Shown here piece after piece: positions 1 through 10,755 of a stretch of 35,220 nucleotides of DNA. Made by a program: the position numbers and the translations under genes. The notes under the pieces are model-generated. The model had not been told where the DNA came from and made no database searches. It saw only the letters and a list, made by a program, of their open reading frames with translations. Origin of the DNA: Octopus sinensis (Eukaryota); assembly GCF_006345805.1 (NCBI RefSeq), contig NW_021829883.1:1-35220 (forward strand), written 5' to 3'. Every line of letters starts with the position of its first letter. The first letter of the stretch is position 1.

Positions 1-32
1 GAGTGCTAACGCTTCTGCCAGCTCACCACCTT
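1..32 (-). mobile_element. SINE family A, 5' head fragment (cut by window edge)
   Basis: Reverse complement AAGGTGGTGAGCTGGCAGAAGCGTTAGCACTC matches the head of the copy at 25066 (GGCGGCGAGCTGGCAGAAACGTTA). Confidence 0.75.
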
Positions 33-128
33 ATATGGACGATAGAAAATTAGTTACATAAAAATACCGTTACCACCTGTATACTTATCTGTATGTTATA
101 CTGAGTGTAACAAATTCCCATCGCAGTT

Positions 129-183
129 TTATTGTCAGCACATCAAAATTTTCGGAAATTATTGTCAGCACATCAAAATTTTC
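129..183. repeat. 25-bp direct tandem duplication (period 30)
   Basis: TTATTGTCAGCACATCAAAATTTTC at 129-153 and 159-183. Confidence 0.9.
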
Positions 184-236
184 ACATATATATATGGCCG
201 TATTTACTTACGACCCTCTTTTTCTTTCATCAATTA

Positions 237-320
237 GAGGCAGCGAGTTGGCTGAATCGTTAGCTCGCCGGACATAATGCTTAGCTGCTTTTCGTCCGTC
301 TTTCCGTTCTGAGCTCAAAT
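237..320 (+). mobile_element. SINE family A head fragment
   Basis: GAGGCAGCGAGTTGGCTGAATCGTTAG...CGTTCTGAGCTCAAAT aligns to the head at 25066; A-box and B-box-like motifs. Confidence 0.8.
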
Positions 321-387
321 ACCACACACACACACACATATATACGCACACAGACACACACAGTAAGGATTTCAATGCACATTGACA

Positions 388-744
388 CTTTTACTCTTTT
401 ACTTGTTTCAGTCATTTGACTGCGGCCATGCTGGAGCACCGCCTTTAATCGAGCAACTCTTATTCTTTTGTAAGCCCAGTACTTATTCTATAGGTATCTT
501 TTGCCGAATCGTTAGGTAACGGCAACATAAAACACACCAGCATCGGTTGTCAAGCAATGCTAGGGGGACAAACACAGCCACACAAGCACAAACACGCATA
601 TATATATATATATACATATATACGAAGGGCTTCTTTCAGTTTCTGTCTACCAAATCACCACTCACAAGGCCTTGGTCGGCCCGAGCTATAGTAGAGTCAT
701 TAACTGCCCAAGGTGCAACGCAGTGGGACTGAACCCGGAACCAT
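388..744 (-). mobile_element. SINE family B (tRNA-derived, CORE-like), 5'-truncated
   Basis: Aligns over its length with 7958-8392 and 10331-10755; tail GGCGGTGCTCCAGCATGGCCGCAGTCAAATGACTGAAACAAGTAAAAG on the minus strand. Confidence 0.9.
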
Positions 745-879
745 AATGAGTGGAACCATTACAATCGAATATTCACATCAATAATATCATTCATTAACAA
801 TGGATAGATTGACAAAATCATTACAACGTCTGATTAAATTTGTTGCTCTATTTGTTACGGTTCTTTTCAATCTTGCCCA

Positions 880-1173
880 GGACAACTTCGCTTCTCATCC
901 TTTCGGAGTCGATGAAATAAGTATAAATCTAACTCAGGGATCGATCTCTTGTAACGCTCTCCCGACTGTGAATGCACTGAGTTGACTGCATCGAGCCAAA
1001 ATGCTTGGTAGCGTTTCATCCGGCCCATTATATTCTGAGTCCAAATGCAGCCGATTTCAGTTTACTTTTCATCCTTTTAATAAAATGAATTCGATAAAAA
1101 TTACGAACCAGTCAATCTCGTCGATAAAGCTGATTCTCTCTCTCTTCTCTCTCTCTCTCTCTGTCTGTCTCTC

Positions 1174-1206
<33 letters not shown>

Positions 1207-1208
1207 CC

Positions 1209-1300
<92 letters not shown>

Positions 1301-1780
1301 ATCTATCTATCTTTATTTCTCTCCCTAAAATGGCTGGCATGTTTCAAAATTTGAAACATCTACTAACGGTGGCGGATCGACAGAGTCATTAGGACGTCGG
1401 AATAAAATGCCCTGCTATTTCTTGTAGCAGCTGTTTAAGCTTTGGGTTCAAATTTCCCCGCTGTCAACTTTGCCGCTCATTCCTCCAGCACTAATAAAAT
1501 AAGGTACCAGTTATGTACTGGTTTGATAATATGGAATAACTCCTCTCCCAAATTTTATATCTTGTATCTAAGCTAGAACCAAAAGACCGTTACGAATATA
1601 CGTTTCGTATTTATTTCGCATCTATACGCTTTGAGTTCAAATGTGGCAATAGTCAACTTTGTTTTTCATCTTGTTACAATCAATAAAGTAGAGTATCAGT
1701 CAAGTACCGTGATGGATGTAAATTACTGTTTCCCTCCTGCAAATGTTAAGCCTTGTGCTGATGCTTAAATCAATAATTAT
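880..1780 (+). mobile_element. Cluster of about four degraded SINE family A copies interrupted by (CT)n/(TA)n
   Basis: Repeated variants of GTTCAAAT...GTCAACTTTGCC-TTCATCC...GATAAAATAAGTACCAGT near 880-930, 1030-1110, 1440-1520 and 1630-1710. Confidence 0.7.
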
Positions 1781-1867
1781 TATGATTTATTAGTTCAAAT
1801 CCAGCCTGGTTTCATTTATAAATAGTGGAGTTGGTACATTTTCGTTACTGATTATTGTTTCTGTGAT

Positions 1868-1898
<31 letters not shown>

Positions 1899-1949
1899 AT
1901 ATATATATAGTACATATAATATATCATATATATTATATAGTATATAGAG

Positions 1950-1980
<31 letters not shown>

Positions 1981-2183
1981 GAGAGAAGAGAGAGATTCTT
2001 TTTATATGTTTTCGGCCCTAAGGCTGTGGCCATGCTGGGGCACTGCCATGATGTGTGTGTATATATACATATATTGATATATTTTGGATGGCCATTTCTT
2101 TTCTCTTGCCAAATAAATACGAGCACTATATGTTCGTTCTTCACTCGTTTATTATATTGTTCATATTTTATCTTACGTCCATT

Positions 2184-2226
2184 GTCTGGAAATCTTTCGT
2201 CACGCATCTGTGACCTCTTCAGCGAC
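2184..2226 (-). ncRNA. Minimal type I hammerhead ribozyme-like motif
   Basis: Minus strand: gucg CUGAAGA g GUCAC agaugc GUGAC GAAA gau UUC cagac. Intact core, 5-bp stem II, self-complementary stem III (AGAUUU with G-U pairs), stem I gucg/c(a)gac. Confidence 0.6.
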
Positions 2227-2821
2227 TCTTCCGTCCACGTGTTTCGTCGAGATCTAAATTCAAATTCAGTGAGAATAAATTTTGCTCTGTAGGTTGATAG
2301 GAATTAAATACCAGACAAATAGAAAAATACTGTGATCACGATAATCGACTCTACTTGACATCTTCAAGTATATTGAAAATACATAGCTTTGTCCATCCAA
2401 TATTACAAATCAAAGTTTAAAGAGGGGCTGAATATCTTCACACTCTACAATAAGACAAAGCTTTCACTGTTATTATATCTGTGTATTTGATGCAAAAGAG
2501 GCGGTTTAATATTTTTGGGTATTTTTTGTCTTTTGGGGGAATATATTTTCAAAACCCATTAAAAGTTACATAATCTTTTCAATTCGACAGTTTATTTTAT
2601 TCACTTTAAATTTTTTACAAGTGTTTACTGACTTTGTGAAGAATTAATTTCGCTTGGTTAGCGCCCGACAAAATCGACTTAATTTTTATTTTATCTCGTT
2701 ATTTAAAAATTCAACAAACTTCACATACAGGGTAACAGTAAGTGGTAAAAGAGAAATTGATTTTCTATAAGTCTGGTTCAATTTTGTACATGTTTAATAA
2801 ATGTGAAAAAAGAAACGTTAA

Positions 2822-2890
2822 TATCGTCAAACGAAGCGAGACACTATTCTACACAGGTGTGACAGACTTGTAACAAAGAAACAGCCTGAC
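2822..2890 (+). repeat. Copy 1 of a 69-bp direct repeat (copy 2 at 5822-5890)
   Basis: 65/69 identity by manual alignment. Confidence 0.9.
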
Positions 2891-2965
2891 TTAATTAAGA
2901 GAGATGTGCTTTATGAGGCATAAAGTCTACATCTTCGCATTATATTGTCCACTGAGGTTGCAGTG

Positions 2966-3210
2966 ACACTCGCCCGGTATAACATTTCTTTTATTTTTCC
3001 TTTATTTTTTTTCGATTTTTAGGCTATCAGTAATGATATCGAAAACAAGCAGACTTCACTGTGATTCTTGCTGGATGAGAAGGTTTTCCGAGTGTCAAAA
3101 AAACCACGGTGTGCGGTGTGTTTTATGCTTTCAAATGAAAATTGGTAGAAAAATGACATTTATTTATACAAATGATTTGAGATTAGCTGACGCTCGAGCC
3201 GGTAGAGTGT
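2966..3210. mobile_element. Possible short MITE with ~13-bp imperfect TIRs
   Basis: ACACTCGCCCGGT at left versus GCCGGTAGAGTGT at right (reverse complement ACACTCTACCGGC); no clean TSD. Confidence 0.3.
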
Positions 3211-3411
3211 GTCAATAAGATGTTGATGTAGCGTAGTAAATGGACAAAACAAGCGTCAACAGGAGATGCGTTATTATATCACGTTCTACTGTCAGATTAA
3301 TAATTGTAATAATTGTAATAATTAAGACTCAACCGTTTGTCCCATTTATTCGTATATGTGTGTGTGTGTATAAATGTGTGAATGTGGGTGAGTATGCGTG
3401 TGTATGTGTAA

Positions 3412-3444
<33 letters not shown>

Positions 3445-3454
3445 TAGATAGATT

Positions 3455-3510
<56 letters not shown>

Positions 3511-3560
3511 CATACATACATACATACATACATACATACATACATACATACATACATAGA
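3412..3560. repeat. Compound (GACA)n(GATA)n(CATA)n microsatellite
   Basis: Seen directly. Confidence 0.95.
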
Positions 3561-3566
3561 CAGATA

Positions 3567-4807
3567 ACAGGCCATCCCATAAGTTCTGTTCGAATTTGTC
3601 TTTTTTAAAATTGAATGAAATTTAATAGTATTTTAGAATGTCTAATGGAATTAAAAATTATTTTTATACATTTGTATACATTTCATTTAAACTAATTAAA
3701 TATTATTTTACAGAATAATAGAATTAAAATTTCTTTAATTAAAACCCTTTATAACATGGAAGTAGCCAAAGTGCATTTGAAGCACATAGTGCATTATCAT
3801 TACAAAAAGGAAACTCTGCAGGCGAAGCGACTCGAAACATACACTCAGTTTTTGAGAAAGAATGCTTGAATGAAAGAACTTGCAGCAGTTGGTTTGCAAA
3901 ATTCAGAAGTGGAGATTTCAGCCTTGAAGATGAAGTTCGATGATAAGCTCCTTGAGGAATTACTTGAAGAAAATCCTGCATTATCAGTTGAAAAATTGGC
4001 AAGAAAGATTAGTTAAAACCATACAACTGGTCATCGTCAACTTCAACAACTTGGAAAGGTTCCTAATCTTGGAAAATGGGTGTCATGCTGAGTTGACATC
4101 TCTTCTCTCCATTCTTGCGAACTCATTTCACCCTTTTTGGATAGACTTGTAACTGGTGGCAAAAAATGGATCTTGTATCGAAATGTTAAACGAAATGTTA
4201 AACAGTGGTTTGGTAAAAGGGAAAAGGCTCAACTACAACCGAGAAGGGAACTTCAAGGGAAAAAGGTTCTTCTCTCTATCTGGTGGGATTGAAAAGGAGT
4301 AATTCACTTTGAATTGTTACCACCTAATGCAACAATCAAAGCTCAAGTCTACTGTCAGCATTTAGAGCGTTTGAACCAAGCTTTGAAGAAAAGAAGACCT
4401 ACTTTAGTGAATCAAAAGAAGTGGTGTTTCATCAGAACAATGCGTGACCGCACACTGCAAACATCACATCACTAAAGATCGAAGAGCTTGGTTGGGAAAA
4501 AAGTCCTCATCTACCTTATCCTCCCAATCTTACTCCTTCAGACTACCATTTGTTTCGCAGTTTACAGAATAATTTGGGGGACATAACTTTCGCAAGCCAG
4601 GAGGAAGTCGTATCTGATATTTCAGAGTTCTTCATTTTAAAACCAAAAGAGTTTTACATTGATGGGATTAAAAAGCTTGTAAATAGATGGAAGGAAGTCA
4701 TAGATAATCAGGGAAAGTACATTGATGATTAAATTTCAATTAAATATAATATTTGATCACTTGTTTTCTTTATTCAAAATTCGGACAAAACTTATGGAAT
4801 GACTTGA
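3567..4807 (+). mobile_element. Full-length decayed mariner (Tc1/mariner) transposon, ~1.24 kb
   Basis: TIRs ACAGGCCATCCCATAAGTTCTGTTCGAATTTG and CAAAATTCGGACAAAACTTATGGAATGACTTGA; TA at 3565-66 and 4808-09; transposase remnants inside. Confidence 0.93.
3756..4732 (+). pseudogene. Mariner transposase pseudogene (frameshifts and stops)
   Basis: Frames give GNSAGEATRNI...WFAKFRSGDFSLEDE, LDRLVTGGKKWILY (~TGDEKW), KVLLSIWWD*KGVIHFELL, FHQNNA*PH (~HDNARPH), PYPPNLTPSDYHLFRSLQN (~YSPDLAPSDYHLF), ending GKYIDD*. Confidence 0.92.
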
Positions 4808-4865
4808 TAGATAGATAGATAAATAGTATGTAGGTAGATAGATAAGATAGATAGATAGAGATAGT

Positions 4866-4908
<43 letters not shown>

Positions 4909-5057
4909 ATAGATAGATAGATGATAGATTAAGTTTCTTTATTGGCACACAGGGCTGCACACGATGGGAAATTTACAAGTTAACTTTTCTTTTGGGGATG
5001 AAAAAAACAAAAAAACAAAAAACAAAGAAACAAAAAAGATAGATAGATAGATAGGAT

Positions 5058-5103
<46 letters not shown>

Positions 5104-5172
5104 ATATATATATATCTATATATATAATATATATATATAGATGATAGATAGATAGATAGATAGATAGAATAT

Positions 5173-5214
<42 letters not shown>

Positions 5215-5230
5215 CAGATAGATAGAAATG
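4808..5230. repeat. (GATA)n and (TA)n microsatellite field
   Basis: Seen directly, with a short non-repeat interruption at ~4930-5035. Confidence 0.9.
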
Positions 5231-5462
5231 TATATACGTATATATGTATGCATATGGAAACTGTAGGGCAGAGAACACTTTTTAATACGAAACTCTCAGC
5301 CTTTGAGTCAGTGCTATAATTCATTTCCCATTAAGAACGTTATATAACACTAACCCAGCTTTGCTCGGGATTAAATTAGGATTATTAAGCTAATAAAGTT
5401 CTTTATTTTAAACCACACTAAGTAACATCGACATCAACTTTGGGCGAAATCCGTTGAAATTG

Positions 5463-5487
<25 letters not shown>

Positions 5488-5494
<7 letters not shown>

Positions 5495-5695
5495 CCAAAC
5501 ATGAAAACACAAAGAGAAAACACAACAACGCGAGGACGTGAAACAAACATAGTATAATTGGTCGCTCAGGAAAGAAGGGAAGAAGGAGGTTTTAACGTTT
5601 CGAGCGGAGCTCTTCGTCAGGAACATAGGAAAAGGAAAGATCCAGAGAAGGGAAGACGGAGGAGAAAATCGCCAACGGTACACACGCAGTCTGGT
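5488..5695 (-). mobile_element. Short Penelope-like-derived element with a hammerhead motif, between (TA)n tracts
   Basis: Flanked by (TA)n on both sides; same organisation and GAAGAGC..GCTCGAAACGT core as 26861-27025. Penelope origin is inferred from the motif. Confidence 0.55.
5589..5624 (-). ncRNA. Minimal hammerhead ribozyme-like motif
   Basis: Minus strand: guuc CUGACGA a GAGC ucc GCUC GAAA c GUU aaaac; palindromic ACGU stem III; stem I imperfect. Confidence 0.55.
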
Positions 5696-5696
5696 T

Positions 5697-5727
<31 letters not shown>

Positions 5728-5821
5728 TATATATATTATTTCCCAGTTTGTATATTTTTTTACGTTTACTATATATATATATATATATATATATAGGAGA
5801 AGAGAGAGAAAGAAATATTAC

Positions 5822-5890
5822 TATCGTCAAACGAACCGAGACACTATTATACACAGGTGTGACAGACTTGTAACAAAGAAGCAGCCAGAC
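5822..5890 (+). repeat. Copy 2 of the 69-bp direct repeat (copy 1 at 2822-2890)
   Basis: 65/69 identity by manual alignment. Confidence 0.9.
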
Positions 5891-6002
5891 AATAATGTTT
5901 TTTTTAATGTTTTCTATGTGGTGTGAATAACCTCTTTATTGAATTGTTTAATAGTTGTTTTTCTCTAAATACATACGCACGCACACACACACACGCACAC
6001 AT

Positions 6003-6058
<56 letters not shown>

Positions 6059-6189
6059 TGTACGTTCAAACATAAAAGAGATACCCGAAGAATAGGATAT
6101 CTGACTCGCTAGAAAGAGCATTTAAAACTCTAAGCCACCAATTGTTGTAATTCCGAAAGTGATTGGAAAATAAAACATTTTACCTTAAT

Positions 6190-6276
6190 CGTAGACCCTG
6201 CAAGGTTTCTGCAGACTTAAATACAGACTGAAATGAAATAATTTCAGTCTATATCTGGCGCTGCTTCTTCAGTAGG
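6190..6276 (-). ncRNA. Type I hammerhead ribozyme-like motif with extended stem II
   Basis: Minus strand: ccua CUGAAGA a GCAG-[16-bp hairpin]-CUGC a GAAA CCU ugca GG GUC uacg. Intact core, 4-bp stem III, GUC triplet; stem I weak. Confidence 0.62.
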
Positions 6277-7092
6277 TTGCCAGGACAGAACTCATAGGCA
6301 CGGAGCGATAAATAACCCGCCACGTGTCTATAGGTTCTAATTTTTCGAATCTACCGCGCAGAAGCGGAACTCGGCACTAAAAAAATAAATTGCCGATTTT
6401 CTTCCAGAATTAGCCAAAAAACATTTTATCATTAATTAAAACGTACAACTCTAAACTAAGAAACTTTTAATCAAATGCATTTGACCTGTGATAAAAAAAA
6501 CATTTCACCCGTGCCCCACAAGATCTTCAGAGTATGAAGTACTATATTATCCAATGTGCCTTTTCTTTCTAAAACGTTTGCATTAGCTATGAAGAGCATT
6601 CGGTTGCTATTTCTAGTAGATGCACCAATTAGATTAATTTTAGGTTCCCTTTGTTAGCTCTTGTCTCTGTGTCTGTTGATTCTGTGGATGACCCCAATGC
6701 GCAGAAATCATGACGAATGTGGCTTTACGCGACAGCTATTGTCCTTTGGTGTTGAGCAGAGGACCGTTTCGGACCTAGTTTTATTGAAAATGTCTTAACT
6801 GCAGCCACAATACAACACTGGAACGGATTTCTAGAAAAGGGCTGCCGACAGCTAGATTTAACTTGTTATTTTGCTACGCGTACCTTTATGCAACCCAGCC
6901 ATTCACACATCTCTAAGATAGAAAATAATAGAATATTGTATGCATCAAACTCAGACTAGAGGAGACAGCGTGGAGCGAAAGAGCTAAAAAAAGGCAAGTA
7001 AACAACACAGCAACAAAAACTATATAAATACAGAGAAATCAAGAACAGGTAAAAAAAAAAATATGTGCAAACAAGATAAATAAATGCATAAA

Positions 7093-7147
7093 TATATTAC
7101 ATGAAATATATACATGAAATATATACATGAAATATATACATGAAATA
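7093..7147. repeat. 13-bp minisatellite (ATATATACATGAA) x ~4
   Basis: Seen directly. Confidence 0.85.
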
Positions 7148-7438
7148 AATGAATGATAGATTAATGAACAAAGTGTTAAGCGAACTAACAAAAGCACAAA
7201 CAAACTGTTAGCGAAAATAGGTTTTGGAGACATTAATAGTGAAGCGATAAAGAATAATCATTGAACATTCCTGGCTTTGATTTCGCAAGGACAAAGACAG
7301 GTGTATATGGCGTATATGGTATATGCAGCATAGAATGAACAAAAGGAATATTGATGCGAATCATACTTGCATGCATATATGCACATACACTTATGCATTT
7401 ATGACAGCCATTACTTGCACGGGGTTATATTCGTGCAG

Positions 7439-7533
<95 letters not shown>

Positions 7534-7569
7534 GTATGTATTTATGTGTGTATATATATCATATATATA

Positions 7570-7600
<31 letters not shown>

Positions 7601-7957
7601 TATATCTATATATATATATATATATATATATCTAGATATATATATGCATATATATGTATATGAATATGTATGTAGGTAGGTAGGTATTTATGTATCTGTA
7701 TATATACATACGTATACACAGCATAATACATATGTATATTTTATGCATCTAAGCATATGTGAATGCGTGGTTGACTATATATATATATATATATATATGC
7801 ATACTTATGTATCTGTGCATACACAAACACCGAGGGACACCCACGCACACATACACACACACACACGCACAAACTCCCATATGCTCATGCATATGGAGCA
7901 ATATGCATGCATATTAAATTATATATGTATGGATGTGTCTATAAATATATACATATA

Positions 7958-8392
7958 GGTGCAGGAGTGGCTGTGGGGTAAGTAGCTTTCTTACCAACCA
8001 CATGGTTCTGGGTTCATTTCCACTGTGTGGCACCTTGGGCAAGTGTCTTCTACTAAAGCCACGGGCTGACCAAAGCCTAGTGAATGGATTTGGAAGACGG
8101 AAACTGAAAGAAGCATATATATATATATATATATAATATATATATATGTGTGTGTGTGTGTGTGTATGTGTGTGTGTGTTGTGTGTGTGTGTGTGTGTGT
8201 ATCTGTGAGTCTGTGTTTGTCCCCCCAACATCGCTTGACAACCGATGGTGGTGTGTTTACGTCCCCGCAACTTAGCGGGTCGGGAAGACAGACCGATATA
8301 ATAAGCACTAGGCTTACAAAGAATAAGTCCTGGAGTCAACTAAAGGCGGTGCTCTAGCGTGGCCGCAGTCAAATGACTGATACAAATAAAAG
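7958..8392 (+). mobile_element. SINE family B, near full length, with internal (TA)/(TG) microsatellite
   Basis: tRNA-like head GGTGCAGGAGTGGCTGTGGGGTAAG...GGTTCATTTCC, CORE-like CCTTGGGCAAGTGTCTT, LINE-like tail GGCGGTGCTCTAGCGTGGCCGCAGTC. Confidence 0.9.
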
Positions 8393-8780
8393 TATATATA
8401 TATATAGGTACGGACATGGATGTGTCTTCATTAACTTACATACATATAATTCTGTGATGTTAGGTTGGATATCACAGCAGCGTGGCATCCACCACAAATA
8501 ACTTAATACAAAGCTGTCTGTTATCCAGGGTGATATTTTATACGTTCTATATGAACTTTTGTATATGTATGTATGGGTTTGTATTAGTGTATGCGTTGTT
8601 CAAAGGGGTCGAAACCGATATATAACTGGGTCGAAAGAAATATTTTCATCGAATTCTACGTATTAAAACGAGTCGCACCAAATTTCACAAAATGCATGAC
8701 AAAATTCTTTGTGTATAAGTATATATGTACTCACCATACACACACGCATGTGTTTGTCTGTATATATATATATGTATGTA

Positions 8781-8826
<46 letters not shown>

Positions 8827-8874
8827 ACTTAACTCTTCCAAAAACGATGTAACATGTAAAGCTCATTTCAAAAT

Positions 8875-9066
8875 ATTCTCTTCTACATTAGGTGCAATGC
8901 CTGAAATTTTGGAGGAGAGGGACTAATCAATTAGATCGACACCAATGTGCACTTAATTTACCGACCCCGGAAGACGACCTCGGCAGAATTTGAACTCTGA
9001 ACGGCAAAGGAAATACGCCAAAGCATTTCGCCCGACGTGCTAACGTTTCTGCCAGCTCGACGCCTT
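8875..9066 (-). mobile_element. SINE family A copy
   Basis: Reverse complement matches the family A head and core (GAGCTGGCAGAAACGTTAGCACG...GAGTTCAAATTCTGCCGAGGTCG). Confidence 0.85.
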
Positions 9067-9395
9067 CTTCATCGCAGAATATTAATCAGTTTATATATGT
9101 TTTTTAATCAATAGTTTGTGCATATTATCATATGCATTTTGTTTGATGCAGTATTGGTTTTTAAGTTGTTTTTTTTTATTGATATTCTTTTGAATATGTT
9201 TGCTAAGCGCGATATAAAGACGAACAATTAGACGGAGATTGCAGTTTTATTCTCCATTAATTTCTATAAAATAATAACAGGACGTAAAATCGACTAAGTT
9301 ATAACTCGAAACGATGTAAGTTGAGGCTTGCCAATATGTGTGTGTGTGTCTGCGTGCGCACGTGTGTACGTGTGTGCGAGCGCGTGTGATTGTGT

Positions 9396-9415
9396 AGATA
9401 GATAGATAGATAGAT

Positions 9416-9510
<95 letters not shown>
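9396..9510. repeat. (GATA)n microsatellite
   Basis: Seen directly. Confidence 0.95.
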
Positions 9511-9511
<1 letters not shown>

Positions 9512-9529
9512 CCCACATATCATATAAAG

Positions 9530-9586
9530 TTGATGGTGCCCATCATGGCTGCAGTCAAATGACGGAAACAAATAAAAGAATAAAAG
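9530..9586 (+). mobile_element. Isolated SINE family B 3' tail
   Basis: GGTGCCCATCATGGCTGCAGTCAAATGACGGAAACAAATAAAAG matches the family B tail. Confidence 0.7.
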
Positions 9587-9610
9587 TATATATATATATA
9601 TATATATATA

Positions 9611-10220
9611 TATTGCTCTCAGCTATGGTCACCATAGTGTCAAGTTGATCACAGAACTTGAGGCGATCCAACGTAGCTACACGAAGAAGATAGCCTCTGT
9701 GCAGAATATAAGCTACTGGGAAAGACTCAAGAGATTAAAACTCTATTCCTTGGAGCGTAGGCGAGAAAGATATGCCATAATATACATCTGGAAGATCCTG
9801 GAAGGACTTGTCCCAAACTTTGGCATCGAGAGTTACACAAATGCCAGAACTGGGCGCCACTGCGTGGTGCCTAAGACTCCAAATTTGCCATCAAGATGTA
9901 GGACAAGATACTGTGATAGCCTGGGCTTCCGAGGCCCACAGCTCTTCAATATCCTCCCGAAGAACCTAAGAGACCTGCATGGGGTGGATGCAGATGTCTT
10001 TAAAATGAAACTGGATCTCTTCTTGTCAGGTATCCCAGATGAACCAACTTCACGGCAGGAGGTGCAGATGAGGGCAGCTGCATCGAACTCTCTCATGCAC
10101 CAAATGGCAGTTGCTAAAAAGCATTCGTGAAGTAAAACCATGTAGCAACACCAAATGGCGGTGCCCCAGCATGGCCACAGCTCGTGAGCTGAAACTAGAA
10201 TCAATCAATCAATCAATCAA
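9611..10220 (+). mobile_element. 5'-truncated LINE (CR1/L2-group): ORF2 C-terminus, 3' UTR and (ATCA)n tail
   Basis: YCSQLWSP, then ORF 9645-10130 with SYWERLKRLKLYSLERRRERYAIIYIWKIL...GPQLFNILP...FKMKLDLFL, typical of the post-RT region of CR1/L2-type ORF2; tetranucleotide tail at 10200-10220. Confidence 0.88.
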
Positions 10221-10330
10221 TATATACACACATGTTTTTATATATTTGTATATGAATATATAGTCATATATGCATATATACTTACGAGTATGTACGTCCA
10301 TATGCAAATACATTCGTACATGCTTATAAT

Positions 10331-10540
10331 CTTTACTCTTTACTCTTTTATTTGTTTCAGTCATTTGACTATGGCCATGCTGGAGCACCGCCTTTAGTCG
10401 AGCAAATCGACCCCAGGACTTGTTCTTTGTAAGCCTAGTACTTATTCTATAGGTCTCTTTTGACGAACCGCTAAGAAACAGGGACGTAAACATCACCAGC
10501 ATCGGTTGTCAAGCGATGTTGGGGGCACAAACACAGACAC

Positions 10541-10575
<35 letters not shown>

Positions 10576-10755
10576 CATGTATATACATATATACGACGGG
10601 CTTCTTTCAGTTTCCGTCTACCAAATCCACTCACAAGGCTTTGGTCGGCCCGAGGATATAGTAGAAGAGACTTGCATAAGATACCACGTAGTGGGACTGA
10701 ACCCGGAACCATGTGGTTGGTAAGCAAGCTACTTACCACACAGCCACTCCTACGC
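10331..10755 (-). mobile_element. SINE family B, full length, well preserved
   Basis: Head, CORE-like segment, internal (CA)n and tail with (TAAAGAG)-like repeats all present. Confidence 0.92.
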
